Shown one piece after another: positions 56,107 through 64,000 of a DNA stretch of 64,000 nucleotides; within the stretch, counting starts at the first letter, position 1, and each line of letters opens with the position of its first letter. The DNA comes from Gemmatimonadetes bacterium 13_1_20CM_4_69_16. GTDB taxonomy: Bacteria > Gemmatimonadota > Gemmatimonadetes > Gemmatimonadales > GWC2-71-9. Under the pieces are notes generated by a model. It saw only the letters and a list, made by a program, of their open reading frames with translations, did no database searches and was not told the origin of the DNA. The translations under genes were made by a program, and so were the position numbers. The stretch spans positions 11,933 through 75,932 of the forward strand of contig MNIR01000051.1 of NCBI GenBank assembly GCA_001919865.1. The letters run 5' to 3'.

Positions 56107-57804
56107 CTACGTGCGCCGCCCCTGTTCGCGCAGCCGCCGTCGGGCAATCAAATACTGCTGCGGGATGCTGAAGATGTTGCTCACCGCGTAGTACAGATTC
56201 AGGCCGGACGCGAACCGCAGCAACAGCAGCGTCATGAAAACCGGCATGAAGTACAACATCGTCTTCGTCTGCGGGTTCGGCGGCACGCCGATCTGCCCGA
56301 CCTTGGACAGCACGAACATCGACAGCCCCATCACCACCGGAATGATGAAGTAGGGGTCGGCGCGCGACAGGTCCGGGAGCCACAGGAACGGCGCGCCACG
56401 GAACTCGATCGTGTTCGCGAACACGAAGAAGAGCGCGAACAACACCGGCATCGGAATCAGCATCGGGAGACCCCCGCCGAGCGGGTTGACGTTGTGCTCC
56501 TTGTACAGCCGCATCGTCTCGCGCTGCAGTCGCTCGGGATCGTTCTTGTAGCGCTCTTGGGTCTCCTTGAGCAGCGGCGCCACCGCCTGCATCCGGATGC
56601 TCGACTCCATCGCCTTCTGGTTCAGCGGCCACAGCAGCGCCCGCACGAGGATCCCGAAGATCACCAGCACCCAGCCGTACGCGAGCGACAGGCGGTCGTG
56701 CATCCAGATCAGGATGTTGACCACGAGGATCGACACCGGTTGGATGATGGGTCGGAAGATCCCGCCGTAGGGGTTGGCATCATCCAGGTCGTGGCCCAGA
56801 CGCGCGAGCCGCCGGTACTCGAGCGGTCCCGCGTACAGCTCGTAGCGGAACTCTCCCGACGGCGGGACCGGCAGAGTCAGCGCGAGCGTCGTGCGCGTCG
56901 CCACCCCGGCCCGGCCGCTGAACAGCGACGAGGTGGTCACCGTGATCGGGCCCCCGACCGCGATACCGCCCCCGAACCGCGGTTGATTCTCCTCGAGCGC
57001 GAGCGCCGCCGTGAGGAAATACTTCGACTTGATGCCGGCCCACTCGAACGGCCCGTCCAGCAGCTTCACCACGCCGGGTTTGAGGGACTGGAACGCGGTG
57101 CTCTGCGTCTTCGCGGCCTTGGTGACCACCGCGAAGTGGCGGAAATCGTCCATGGTGTCCGCCTCGACCGAGCGCAGCCCGTCCCCCAGTCCGACCAGCA
57201 GGACGGCGCCCGCCGGTCCGAGGCCCGTGACATGAGCGCGCACCTGGAAGTGGTACTCGTCCGGGGAAAATTGGTAAGCGAGCGTCACCCGCGCGCCGCC
57301 GCGCTCGGCCGTGAACGTCAGGGGCGTGCTGTCGCGTTGCACCCGCAGCGCCGCCACACTCGGCGTGAAGCGCCAGTCGGCGAGCGAGATCGTGTCCGCG
57401 CCCAGCACGAGACAGTGGGCCAGGAGCGGCCGGCCGGGGGGGACGAGCTGCACCGGCTTGCCTGAGTCGCCTGGCGCAAACGACTTGTAGTCAAGGAGTT
57501 CCGCACTCAAGAGCTGCGCGCCAGCGGTGCTGAAGCCGAACCGCACGCGCGGCGAAACGACCCACACGGTTTCGGCCGCAGCGACGCGCGACGGACGCAC
57601 TGCGGGACAGCCGGACTGGAGCGACGCGGTCGCAGCGACGGACTCCGGGGGAGCCGGGGCGGCGGGCGCGGTGTCCGACCGTGGCGTGGTGTCGCCGACC
57701 GCCCGACCGCCGGTCCGCCGGTCCGGCTTGGGAGGAAACAAGATGCTCGGCAGGATCAACACGATGAGCATCAGGATGAATGCAAGAAGGACGCGTCGTT
57801 CCAC
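56107..57804 (-). CDS. yidC: Membrane protein insertase YidC
   Basis: 565 aa. N-terminal TM helix, large periplasmic domain and a conserved C-terminal core (WGWVLVIFGILVRALLWPL..., MRLYKEHNVNPLGG). Confidence 0.9.
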   Translation of the reverse strand: MERRVLLAFILMLIVLILPSILFPPKPDRRTGGRAVGDTTPRSDTAPAAPAPPESVAATASLQSGCPAVRPSRVAAAETVWVVSPRVRFGFSTAGAQLLSAELLDYKSFAPGDSGKPVQLVPPGRPLLAHCLVLGADTISLADWRFTPSVAALRVQRDSTPLTFTAERGGARVTLAYQFSPDEYHFQVRAHVTGLGPAGAVLLVGLGDGLRSVEADTMDDFRHFAVVTKAAKTQSTAFQSLKPGVVKLLDGPFEWAGIKSKYFLTAALALEENQPRFGGGIAVGGPITVTTSSLFSGRAGVATRTTLALTLPVPPSGEFRYELYAGPLEYRRLARLGHDLDDANPYGGIFRPIIQPVSILVVNILIWMHDRLSLAYGWVLVIFGILVRALLWPLNQKAMESSIRMQAVAPLLKETQERYKNDPERLQRETMRLYKEHNVNPLGGGLPMLIPMPVLFALFFVFANTIEFRGAPFLWLPDLSRADPYFIIPVVMGLSMFVLSKVGQIGVPPNPQTKTMLYFMPVFMTLLLLRFASGLNLYYAVSNIFSIPQQYLIARRRLREQGRRT

Positions 57805-57815
57805 GAGACCTCTCG

Positions 57816-57855
57816 GCGCCTGTGCGCCTGTACGTCTATGCGCCTGTACGTCTAG
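57816..57855. repeat. Tandem direct repeat in the yidD-yidC spacer
   Basis: GCGCCTGT (57816-57823), then GCGCCTGTACGTCTAT (57824-57839), then GCGCCTGTACGTCTAG (57840-57855). Confidence 0.9.
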
Positions 57856-57858
57856 TCC

Positions 57859-58086
57859 TTACGGCACCGGATCGTAGCCGCCCGGATGCAACGGGTGACA
57901 GCGGAGGATGCGTTTCATGCCGAGCCAGGTTCCTTTGAGCGCGCCGTAGCGCTCGACGGCCTCGAACGTGTAACGCGAGCACGACGGCGTGAACCGACAC
58001 TGCGTGATCACCAGATGCGACAGCGACACCTGGTACCCGCGAATCAGTGCCATGACGGCGAGTCGCGGCCAGCGCCCGACGCTCAT
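57859..58086 (-). CDS. yidD: Membrane protein insertion efficiency factor YidD
   Basis: 75 aa. [12 protein letters not shown]...[36 protein letters not shown] is the YidD signature. Confidence 0.9.
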   Translation of the reverse strand: MSVGRWPRLAVMALIRGYQVSLSHLVITQCRFTPSCSRYTFEAVERYGALKGTWLGMKRILRCHPLHPGGYDPVP

Positions 58087-58397
58087 GTGATGCGCCTCAC
58101 CACACCGCTCAGCTCGGCGCGCAGCACTGCGAACGGGGCGGCGTAGGCGACGCGCTTCGCGCGCACGACGAGGTCGACCGCGGGGAGCGATGCGAGCGCG
58201 TGGCGTCTGAGAATCTCCCGCACGCGGCGCCGCACGCGATTGCGGGCCACGGCAGTGAACTGGAAGCGGGGGACGACGATCGCGGTGCGCGGGTGGCCTG
58301 CTCGGTTCGGACGCCAGGCGAGATCGAGATGCGGAGTGCGCAAGCGGTGCCCTTGATCCCAGCAGGCCGTGAGCTCCGAGCCACGCGCGAGGCGCAC
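58083..58397 (-). CDS. rnpA: Ribonuclease P protein component
   Basis: Basic 104-aa product with an RNR-like motif ([16 protein letters not shown]), positioned between rpmH and yidD. The start may lie further upstream. Confidence 0.8.
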   Translation of the reverse strand: MRLARGSELTACWDQGHRLRTPHLDLAWRPNRAGHPRTAIVVPRFQFTAVARNRVRRRVREILRRHALASLPAVDLVVRAKRVAYAAPFAVLRAELSGVVRRIT

Positions 58398-58420
58398 GCG
58401 GCGCGGAAACCGCTCGCCCG

Positions 58421-58582
58421 TTAGCGACTCCTGTGCTTGGACGGCAGGCGGACGACGAGGCGTTTGCGCCCCTTCTTCCGCCGACGGGACAGGACCGCGC
58501 GGCCCCAGACTGTCTTCATCCGCGCGCGAAAACCATGTTTGTTGATGCGCCGCCGATTGCGCGGCCGGTACGACGGATGCAT
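58421..58582 (-). CDS. rpmH: 50S ribosomal protein L34
   Basis: [44 protein letters not shown] is the canonical L34 pattern. It is the C-terminal part of the long ORF 58421..59452. Confidence 0.88.
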   Translation of the reverse strand: MHPSYRPRNRRRINKHGFRARMKTVWGRAVLSRRRKKGRKRLVVRLPSKHRSR

Positions 58583-58708
58583 GGAGTCCTCTCGTGTGGC
58601 CGGGAAACGTACATCAATTTCGCGGGACCGGTCAAGGTTGACTTTTCCACATGCGACGCGTACTTTCGGGCCGCCCTTGCTGGACGTCCCACCTCTCGTT
58701 ATTCGCGG

Positions 58709-60100
58709 ATGGAGCAGTCTACTAAAGAAGCCTGGCGACGTCTCCTCGACGAAGCGCGGCGCGAGCTCCCCGACGCGACCGTGCGCACGTGGCTCGAGCC
58801 GGCGGTGCCGATTGCGCTCGACGACAATCGCCTGATCGTCGGCGCGCCGGATCAATTCGCAGTCGAGTGGAACGAGCAAAAACACGCCACCGTGTTGGCG
58901 CGCGCCGCGGAGCGCGTGTTCGGTCGTCCCACGGCGGTCGTCTTCCGGGTCCAGGAGGATCGTCAGCAGCGCCCGCAGATGGACTTCTTCGTCGCGCCGC
59001 GGGCCCCGGCAGAGGGCGCCCCGGGCGACAAGAGTGCCGTGCCGACGACACCGCTCAACGAGCGCTACACCTTCCAGACGTTCGTCATCGGGAAATCGAA
59101 CGAGCTCGCGGCCGCCGCGGCGCACGCGGTGGGGGAGGCCCCGGGCAAGACCTACAACCCGCTGTTCATCTACGGGGCCACCGGGCTGGGCAAGACGCAC
59201 CTGATGCAAGCCATCGCCCACGCCGTGCTCGGCAAGTTCCCCACGACGCGCGTGCACTACTTCGGCGCCGAGCAGTTCATCAACGAGGTCATCGAGTCGA
59301 TTCACGCGCGCACGATGTCCGAGTTCCGGCGGCGCTACCGCAACGACGTAGACCTCTTCCTGGTTGACGACGTGCATTTCCTCGAAGGCAAGGAGATGAC
59401 GCAGGAAGAATTCTTTCACACGTTCAACGCGCTGTTCGAGGGGCACAAGCAAATCGTGCTCACCTCCGACCGGCCGCCCAAGGAGATCCCGGGGCTCGAG
59501 GATCGGCTCATCTCACGCTTCGAGTGGGGGCTCGTGGCGGACATCGGGCACCCGGACCTGGAGCACCGGATCGCCATCCTGCGGAAGAAGGCGGAGCAGG
59601 ACCACCTCGAGCTGACGATCCCGGATGACGTGCTGCGCTTCATCGCCGAGCACGTCCGCTCGAGCGTGCGGGAGCTGGAAGGGTGCATCATCAAGCTGCT
59701 GCTGTTCGCTTCGCTCAAGAATCGCGAGGTGACGATCGAGCTCGCCCGCGAGGCGCTCTCGGACAAGATTCGCCAGGGGGAGGACGCGTCGAGTTACGGC
59801 GCCCAGCCCACGCCGAGCATCGATCGCGTGCAGGAAGTGGTGGCGCGCCGCTGGGGTGTGACGCCGGAAGGGCTGCGCTCGAAGGCCCGCACCAAGACCC
59901 TGACCGTCCCACGGCAAGTCGCGATGTACCTCGCCCGCGACATGCTCGGCATGCAACTCGTGGAGATCGGGCAGGCGTTCGGGGGGCGGGACCATTCGAC
60001 CGTGATCCACTCTGTGGACAAGGTGGAGCGCCAGCTAATGCGGGACCGCACGTTCAAGGAGCGCGTTGAAATGGCCCGCCAGGAGTTGTCCGCACTCTAG
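58709..60100 (+). CDS. dnaA: Chromosomal replication initiator protein DnaA
   Basis: 463 aa. Walker [33 protein letters not shown]-terminal DNA-binding domain ([12 protein letters not shown]...[12 protein letters not shown]). Confidence 0.95.
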   Translation: MEQSTKEAWRRLLDEARRELPDATVRTWLEPAVPIALDDNRLIVGAPDQFAVEWNEQKHATVLARAAERVFGRPTAVVFRVQEDRQQRPQMDFFVAPRAPAEGAPGDKSAVPTTPLNERYTFQTFVIGKSNELAAAAAHAVGEAPGKTYNPLFIYGATGLGKTHLMQAIAHAVLGKFPTTRVHYFGAEQFINEVIESIHARTMSEFRRRYRNDVDLFLVDDVHFLEGKEMTQEEFFHTFNALFEGHKQIVLTSDRPPKEIPGLEDRLISRFEWGLVADIGHPDLEHRIAILRKKAEQDHLELTIPDDVLRFIAEHVRSSVRELEGCIIKLLLFASLKNREVTIELAREALSDKIRQGEDASSYGAQPTPSIDRVQEVVARRWGVTPEGLRSKARTKTLTVPRQVAMYLARDMLGMQLVEIGQAFGGRDHSTVIHSVDKVERQLMRDRTFKERVEMARQELSAL

Positions 60101-60340
60101 CCCACATGGGCCAGGACGGGTGTTGGAGCGTGTGGGAAGGGGCGCGGGAGGTGGGGAACCCGCCGGATACCAACACTCCCAACATTCGGGTCAGATGCAG
60201 ACAATGCTGTTACCCTGGCGCGGGCTACACAAGTTAGCCCGATTCCCCAACATTTCCCCACACTCTACTATTACTACTAGTAGTTCTATCTTAGTACAGC
60301 AGTAGAGTCTTTACCCACAGAGCGCGAGGCGACAGGCCGG
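60101..60340. other. Candidate oriC (dnaA-dnaN intergenic region)
   Basis: Contains the lowest-GC stretch of the window (about 60263-60310). DnaA-box-like 9-mers TTACCCACA (60311-60319, 1 mismatch) and TTCCCCACA (60254-60262, 2 mismatches). A TTTTCCACA box also lies upstream of dnaA at 58643-58651. Confidence 0.45.
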
Positions 60341-61447
60341 ATGAAGTTCACGATCACGCGGGAGCAGTTGCAGGAAGGCTTGAGCGGTGTTGCCGCGGCG
60401 ATCCCCGCCAAGACGACCTTGCCCGTCCTCGCCAACGTTCTCGTCGAGGCGACGAAGCAGGGAATCCGACTGTCCGGCACCGATCTCGACATCGCCGTGA
60501 GCACGACGGTACCGGCGGAGGTGGACGCGGACGGCGCCGTGACCCTGCCAGCCAAGAAGCTCGTGGACATCGCGCGCGAGCTGCCGTCCGGGCCGGTGCG
60601 CTTCACGGCCGCCGGCGAGGCACGCGTCGCTATCGAATGCGGCCGGTCGAAGTTCAAGCTGCTGGGGCTCCCGCGAGAGGAGTTTCCCTCCTTCCCCGCG
60701 GTGAAGTTCGACGGCGCCTGGACCGCGGAGGCGGGCGTCGTGCACAAGCTGGTCGGGCACGTCGCGTTCGCCGCGTCCACCGAGGAGAGCCGTCCGATTC
60801 TGAACGGCGTGCTGTGGGAGCTGCGCCCGGACCGCATGCGCATGGTCGCGACCAACGGCCATCGGCTGGCCAAGATGGATGTGCCGGCAAAGGGAGGCTC
60901 GACGGCGGACTTGATCGTTCCGCCCAAGGCGCTCGAGCAGATCCGGCGCCTGTTCGCCGCCGACGAGGCGATCGAGGTCGCCAAGAGCGACAATCACATC
61001 GGGTTCCGCGCCGGCGGCACGCTGGTGTTCTCGCGGCTGATCGAGGGACCGTACCCGAATTACGAGCAGGTGATTCCGCGTGAGAACGACAAAGCGGCGA
61101 CGGTGGACAAGGCCGCGATGGCGGCGGCGCTGCGCCGCATGAGCGTGGTCGCGAGCGACCAGACCCACCGGATTCGGCTCGCCTTCGCGGGCGGCGCCGT
61201 CAAGTTCTCCGTCCAGACTCCCGACCTGGGAGAGGCGCAGGACGAGCTCCCGGTCACCTACGAGGGCGAGCCGCTCGAGATCGGCTTCAACGCCATGTAC
61301 CTGCTGGAGATTCTCAAGTACATGCCGACCGACGAGGTCCGGCTCACCTTCAAGGCGCCCGAGCGCGCCTCGACGGTGGAGCCGGTCGGCTGGGATGACC
61401 CCGCCAGCTATATGGCGCTGGTGATGCCGCTGCGGTTGGTGGACTGA
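60341..61447 (+). CDS. dnaN: DNA polymerase III beta subunit (sliding clamp)
   Basis: 368 aa. MKFTITREQLQEGL...LPVLANVLVEA...RPILNGVLWEL...FNAMYLLEILK is the DnaN pattern. Confidence 0.93.
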   Translation: MKFTITREQLQEGLSGVAAAIPAKTTLPVLANVLVEATKQGIRLSGTDLDIAVSTTVPAEVDADGAVTLPAKKLVDIARELPSGPVRFTAAGEARVAIECGRSKFKLLGLPREEFPSFPAVKFDGAWTAEAGVVHKLVGHVAFAASTEESRPILNGVLWELRPDRMRMVATNGHRLAKMDVPAKGGSTADLIVPPKALEQIRRLFAADEAIEVAKSDNHIGFRAGGTLVFSRLIEGPYPNYEQVIPRENDKAATVDKAAMAAALRRMSVVASDQTHRIRLAFAGGAVKFSVQTPDLGEAQDELPVTYEGEPLEIGFNAMYLLEILKYMPTDEVRLTFKAPERASTVEPVGWDDPASYMALVMPLRLVD

Positions 61448-62312
61448 CAGACGCCGACCGGCCAGCCGTGACACTGTCCTGTGTCGTGTCCACTGGAATC
61501 GGTGCCTCGATAGGCAGGGATTCCACCGGCGTCGGAGCGATCGCCGGCACCTGAAGCGTGTCGGTTTCCTCCGCGGGCGGGATGTCCACCTCCACGCCGC
61601 GGTAGCGCGCCAGGATCAGATCGCGCCGCGCCGTCATTCGGTCGGGCCGAAACATCGGGTTGGACGTCCGTGGGTGGGGCAGGGTGGCCGCCAGCGCGGC
61701 CGCCTGGCTCTCGTCGACCCGCGAGGCGGGCACGCCGAAGTAGGCGCGGCTTGCGGCGTCCGCGCCCCAGACGCCCGGCCCCCACTCGACGACGTTCAGG
61801 TAGAGCTCCAGAATCCGATCCTTGGAGAGGGCGCTCTCGAGGCGCAGCGCGGTCACCGCCTCCTTCACCTTCCGTAGTGGGTTGCGCGACGACGAGAGGT
61901 ACAGGTTCTTCGCGAGCTGCTGGGTGATCGTGCTCGCGCCCCGCAACCGGTCACGGTGCCGCCACGCGGCGACGATCGTCCCCCGCCACCCCTTTGTCTG
62001 GTCGATGCCGACCGCGTCCGCGATCTCCGCGGGGTCGATGCCGTGGTGGGTGCGGAAGCGCGAGTCCTCGGCGATGATGACCATGCGCTGGAGCACCGGA
62101 GAGATATCTCGCAGGGCAGTCGGATGGACGGCGGGAAGGTTGGAAGACGATCCGGCCTGCCAACCTTCCGCCTCTCTCATCATCGCCGTCGCGCGCGGCC
62201 GGTGATCGCGCCACCATAGCGGTGGTGGCCACACGCCGAACAGCCACACCAACGCCAGCGCCGCCGTCCCTAGCGCCACGCGGCGTGCCTTCCTAGGTTT
62301 CGCGTCCGCCAT
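61350..62312 (-). CDS. mtgA: Monofunctional peptidoglycan glycosyltransferase (GT51) with a Pro-rich C-terminal extension
   Basis: TM anchor, then EDSRFRTHHGID, GASTITQQLAKN and RKVKEAV motifs. The C-terminal tail overlaps the 3' end of dnaN by about 98 nt (convergent). Confidence 0.8.
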   Translation of the reverse strand: MADAKPRKARRVALGTAALALVWLFGVWPPPLWWRDHRPRATAMMREAEGWQAGSSSNLPAVHPTALRDISPVLQRMVIIAEDSRFRTHHGIDPAEIADAVGIDQTKGWRGTIVAAWRHRDRLRGASTITQQLAKNLYLSSSRNPLRKVKEAVTALRLESALSKDRILELYLNVVEWGPGVWGADAASRAYFGVPASRVDESQAAALAATLPHPRTSNPMFRPDRMTARRDLILARYRGVEVDIPPAEETDTLQVPAIAPTPVESLPIEAPIPVDTTQDSVTAGRSASVSPPTAAASPAPYSWRGHPSRPAPPSRRARAP

Positions 62313-63654
62313 GTCCCTCGATATCTCCACCCTGCGTCAGCGACTACAAGAGGCCCTCGGAGCGGAATTTATCGTCGGCGACCTGTTGGGCGAAGGTGGC
62401 TTCGCCGCAGTGTTTCGCGTCAGGGAGAAGCGGGCACGTCGCGACGTAGCGGTGAAAGTCGTGGACCTCGGGCTCACTCCTTCCCCGTCGCTGGCCACGC
62501 GCTTCGTGCGCGAAGCGCGCACCGTCGCCCGGCTCGAGCATCCGCACATCGTGCCGATCTACAAGGTCGGCGGCTACCAGAACGAGGTGCTGTACATCGT
62601 GATGCGGTGCGTCGACGGCCCGTCGCTGCGGCAGCTGCTCGAGAGGAAGAGGCGGCTCTCGGTGCGCAAGGCCGCCACTATCGGCCGGCAGGTCGCCGAT
62701 GCCCTCGGCTACGCGCATCGCTACGGTGTCGTGCACCGGGATGTGAAGCCCGACAACATTCTGGTCGATACGGGCGGGCACGTCCTGGTCACCGACTTTG
62801 GGATCGCCAAGGCCGCGCAGCAGGCGTCCTCGCAGCTCACGACCGAGGGGATGGTGGTGGGGACGCCGCAATACATGAGCCCCGAACAGGCCACCGGAGA
62901 AAGCCTCGACGCCCGCTCGGACATCTATTCGCTCGGCATCCTGCTGTATCAGATGCTCACGGGCCTCGCGCCGTTCGACGGCGAGTCGGCGCAGTCCATC
63001 CTCATGAAGCAGGCCACGGCGAACCATGCGCCGATCGGGGATCACCGCGACGACGTGCCCGCAGCGCTCGTCGGCGTGGTCGACCGGATGCTCGCCAAGG
63101 ATCCGGGAGAGCGCTTCCAGACCGCCGAGGAAGCGAGCCGGGCCCTCGTCGCGGCGGTTCCCGCGGCCTCTGGCGAGACGGTGCGGGTGCGCGGTGGCTC
63201 CCCCGTGATGGCGGTCAAGGCGCTCATCGGACTCGTCATCCTCGCCGGCGCCGCCCTGGTGGCGCTCACGCTGTTGGGCAAGCCAGCGCGGCTCGCGGTC
63301 AGCGCGCCGATTCCAGACGGCGTAGTGCGGGCGCTCCGTCGGCGGGGGGCGTTGACGACCGGGGACGTGGCCCAATTCGTGTTCGCTCCCGCGGGCGCGG
63401 AGGACACGACGTTCCTCGTGGTGGGGCGCCACAACGTGGCGATCGTCACGCCGCACCGCGTGCGCTCCTACCCGCGGGACGGCGTGCGCGCGAGGTATGG
63501 CGCCCACGTCAGCCGGGGGCTGCAATTTCGCTTGGTGCTGCTGCTACCGCAGTCGCAGCGGGACACGGTGTTTCGGGGGCTCTCGTTCCGCGACCTGTCC
63601 GAACTGGTGTGGCGTCTCGAGCGGCTGCTGGGGACATCCCTCGGCGGTAGCTAG
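62311..63654 (+). CDS. Ser/Thr protein kinase with a TM helix and an uncharacterised C-terminal domain
   Basis: Hanks kinase motifs GEGGFAAVF, VAVK, HRDVKPDNIL, DFGIAK and GTPQYMSPE. TM segment LIGLVILAGAALVALTLL. Confidence 0.88.
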   Translation: MSLDISTLRQRLQEALGAEFIVGDLLGEGGFAAVFRVREKRARRDVAVKVVDLGLTPSPSLATRFVREARTVARLEHPHIVPIYKVGGYQNEVLYIVMRCVDGPSLRQLLERKRRLSVRKAATIGRQVADALGYAHRYGVVHRDVKPDNILVDTGGHVLVTDFGIAKAAQQASSQLTTEGMVVGTPQYMSPEQATGESLDARSDIYSLGILLYQMLTGLAPFDGESAQSILMKQATANHAPIGDHRDDVPAALVGVVDRMLAKDPGERFQTAEEASRALVAAVPAASGETVRVRGGSPVMAVKALIGLVILAGAALVALTLLGKPARLAVSAPIPDGVVRALRRRGALTTGDVAQFVFAPAGAEDTTFLVVGRHNVAIVTPHRVRSYPRDGVRARYGAHVSRGLQFRLVLLLPQSQRDTVFRGLSFRDLSELVWRLERLLGTSLGGS

Positions 63655-64000
63655 CGCGTCAAGCGCCGCGTGGACACACCGTACAGGCTCAGGGCGTCGA
63701 CGCGACGGAGGTCACCGGGTGCCGTGGCGACGGCGCCGATCAAGTCGTCCGCGCCAACTGAGAGACCCAACGCGAACCCCGCGCGCCTCAGGGTACGGTC
63801 CGTATCGACGCGCAACAGGAGCCGGAGCGGCCACGCGGTCCGCTCGCGCAGCCCCATGCGCGCTCCAAACGCGTACCCCGCCACGCCGTCCGACATGATC
63901 CGCACATCGGCCGAAATCGCCCCGCTCACTCCCGCCATGCCCACCACGCCTCCCACCCCTCCCAACCCCCCCGCGCCCGGCAGCCGCAGCGTCGCCCCTG
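63651..64000 (-). CDS. Hypothetical Gly-rich protein, 5' end beyond window
   Basis: The frame of ORF 63651..63965 stays open to the window edge. Composition is Gly/Ala/Val-rich and I recognise no family. Confidence 0.3.
   Translation of the reverse strand, partial: GATLRLPGAGGLGGVGGVVGMAGVSGAISADVRIMSDGVAGYAFGARMGLRERTAWPLRLLLRVDTDRTLRRAGFALGLSVGADDLIGAVATAPGDLRRVDALSLYGVSTRRLTR

Noticed and set aside
57816-57855. Possible CRISPR-like or mobile-element repeat
   Set aside because: There are only two and a half directly adjacent 16-bp copies with no spacers. No cas, transposase or integrase genes occur anywhere in the window.

Overview
This is a high-GC (roughly 68-70% by eye) bacterial chromosomal window from a diderm organism, shown by Wza-like, TonB-like, lipoprotein and outer-membrane-type genes. 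A Gemmatimonadota-like origin is only my guess. No rRNA, CRISPR array, transposase or integrase is visible.

Gene content from left to right:
- 1-4.8 kb: an exopolysaccharide-type locus with a PIG-L deacetylase, a GT4 glycosyltransferase, two P-loop proteins and a Wza-like exporter.
- 5.3-6.8 kb: tRNA-Phe, a lower-GC orphan lipoprotein gene and upp.
- 6.8-7.9 kb: a SatD-like/DUF3307-like pair behind an AT-rich operator-like region.
- 8-11.4 kb: an ECF sigma / anti-sigma / HEAT-repeat module.
- 11.5-26.3 kb: housekeeping genes, including a DUF5916-like outer-membrane protein, a second ECF sigma pair, holA, mutS, cbs, ddl and a rhomboid protease.
- 26.5-53 kb: a contiguous methylotrophy island. 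It holds fae, an mtdA/B-family dehydrogenase, fhcBADC, mch, about 17 tetrahydromethanopterin (H4MPT) and methanofuran cofactor-biosynthesis genes (mptG, mptN-like, DHPS-like, pabAB, mfnB, mfnE/F-like and others), and a lanthanide-type xoxF cluster with a XoxJ-cytochrome c fusion.
- 54.7-61.4 kb: the replication-origin neighbourhood, mnmE-yidC-yidD-rnpA-rpmH <> dnaA-dnaN.
- 61.4-64 kb: mtgA, a Ser/Thr kinase and a partial ORF.

Limits: all calls rest on reading the ORF translations and the DNA by eye. No database search was run. Internal start codons were placed by hand, many at 4-nt stop/start overlaps, and may be off by a few codons.
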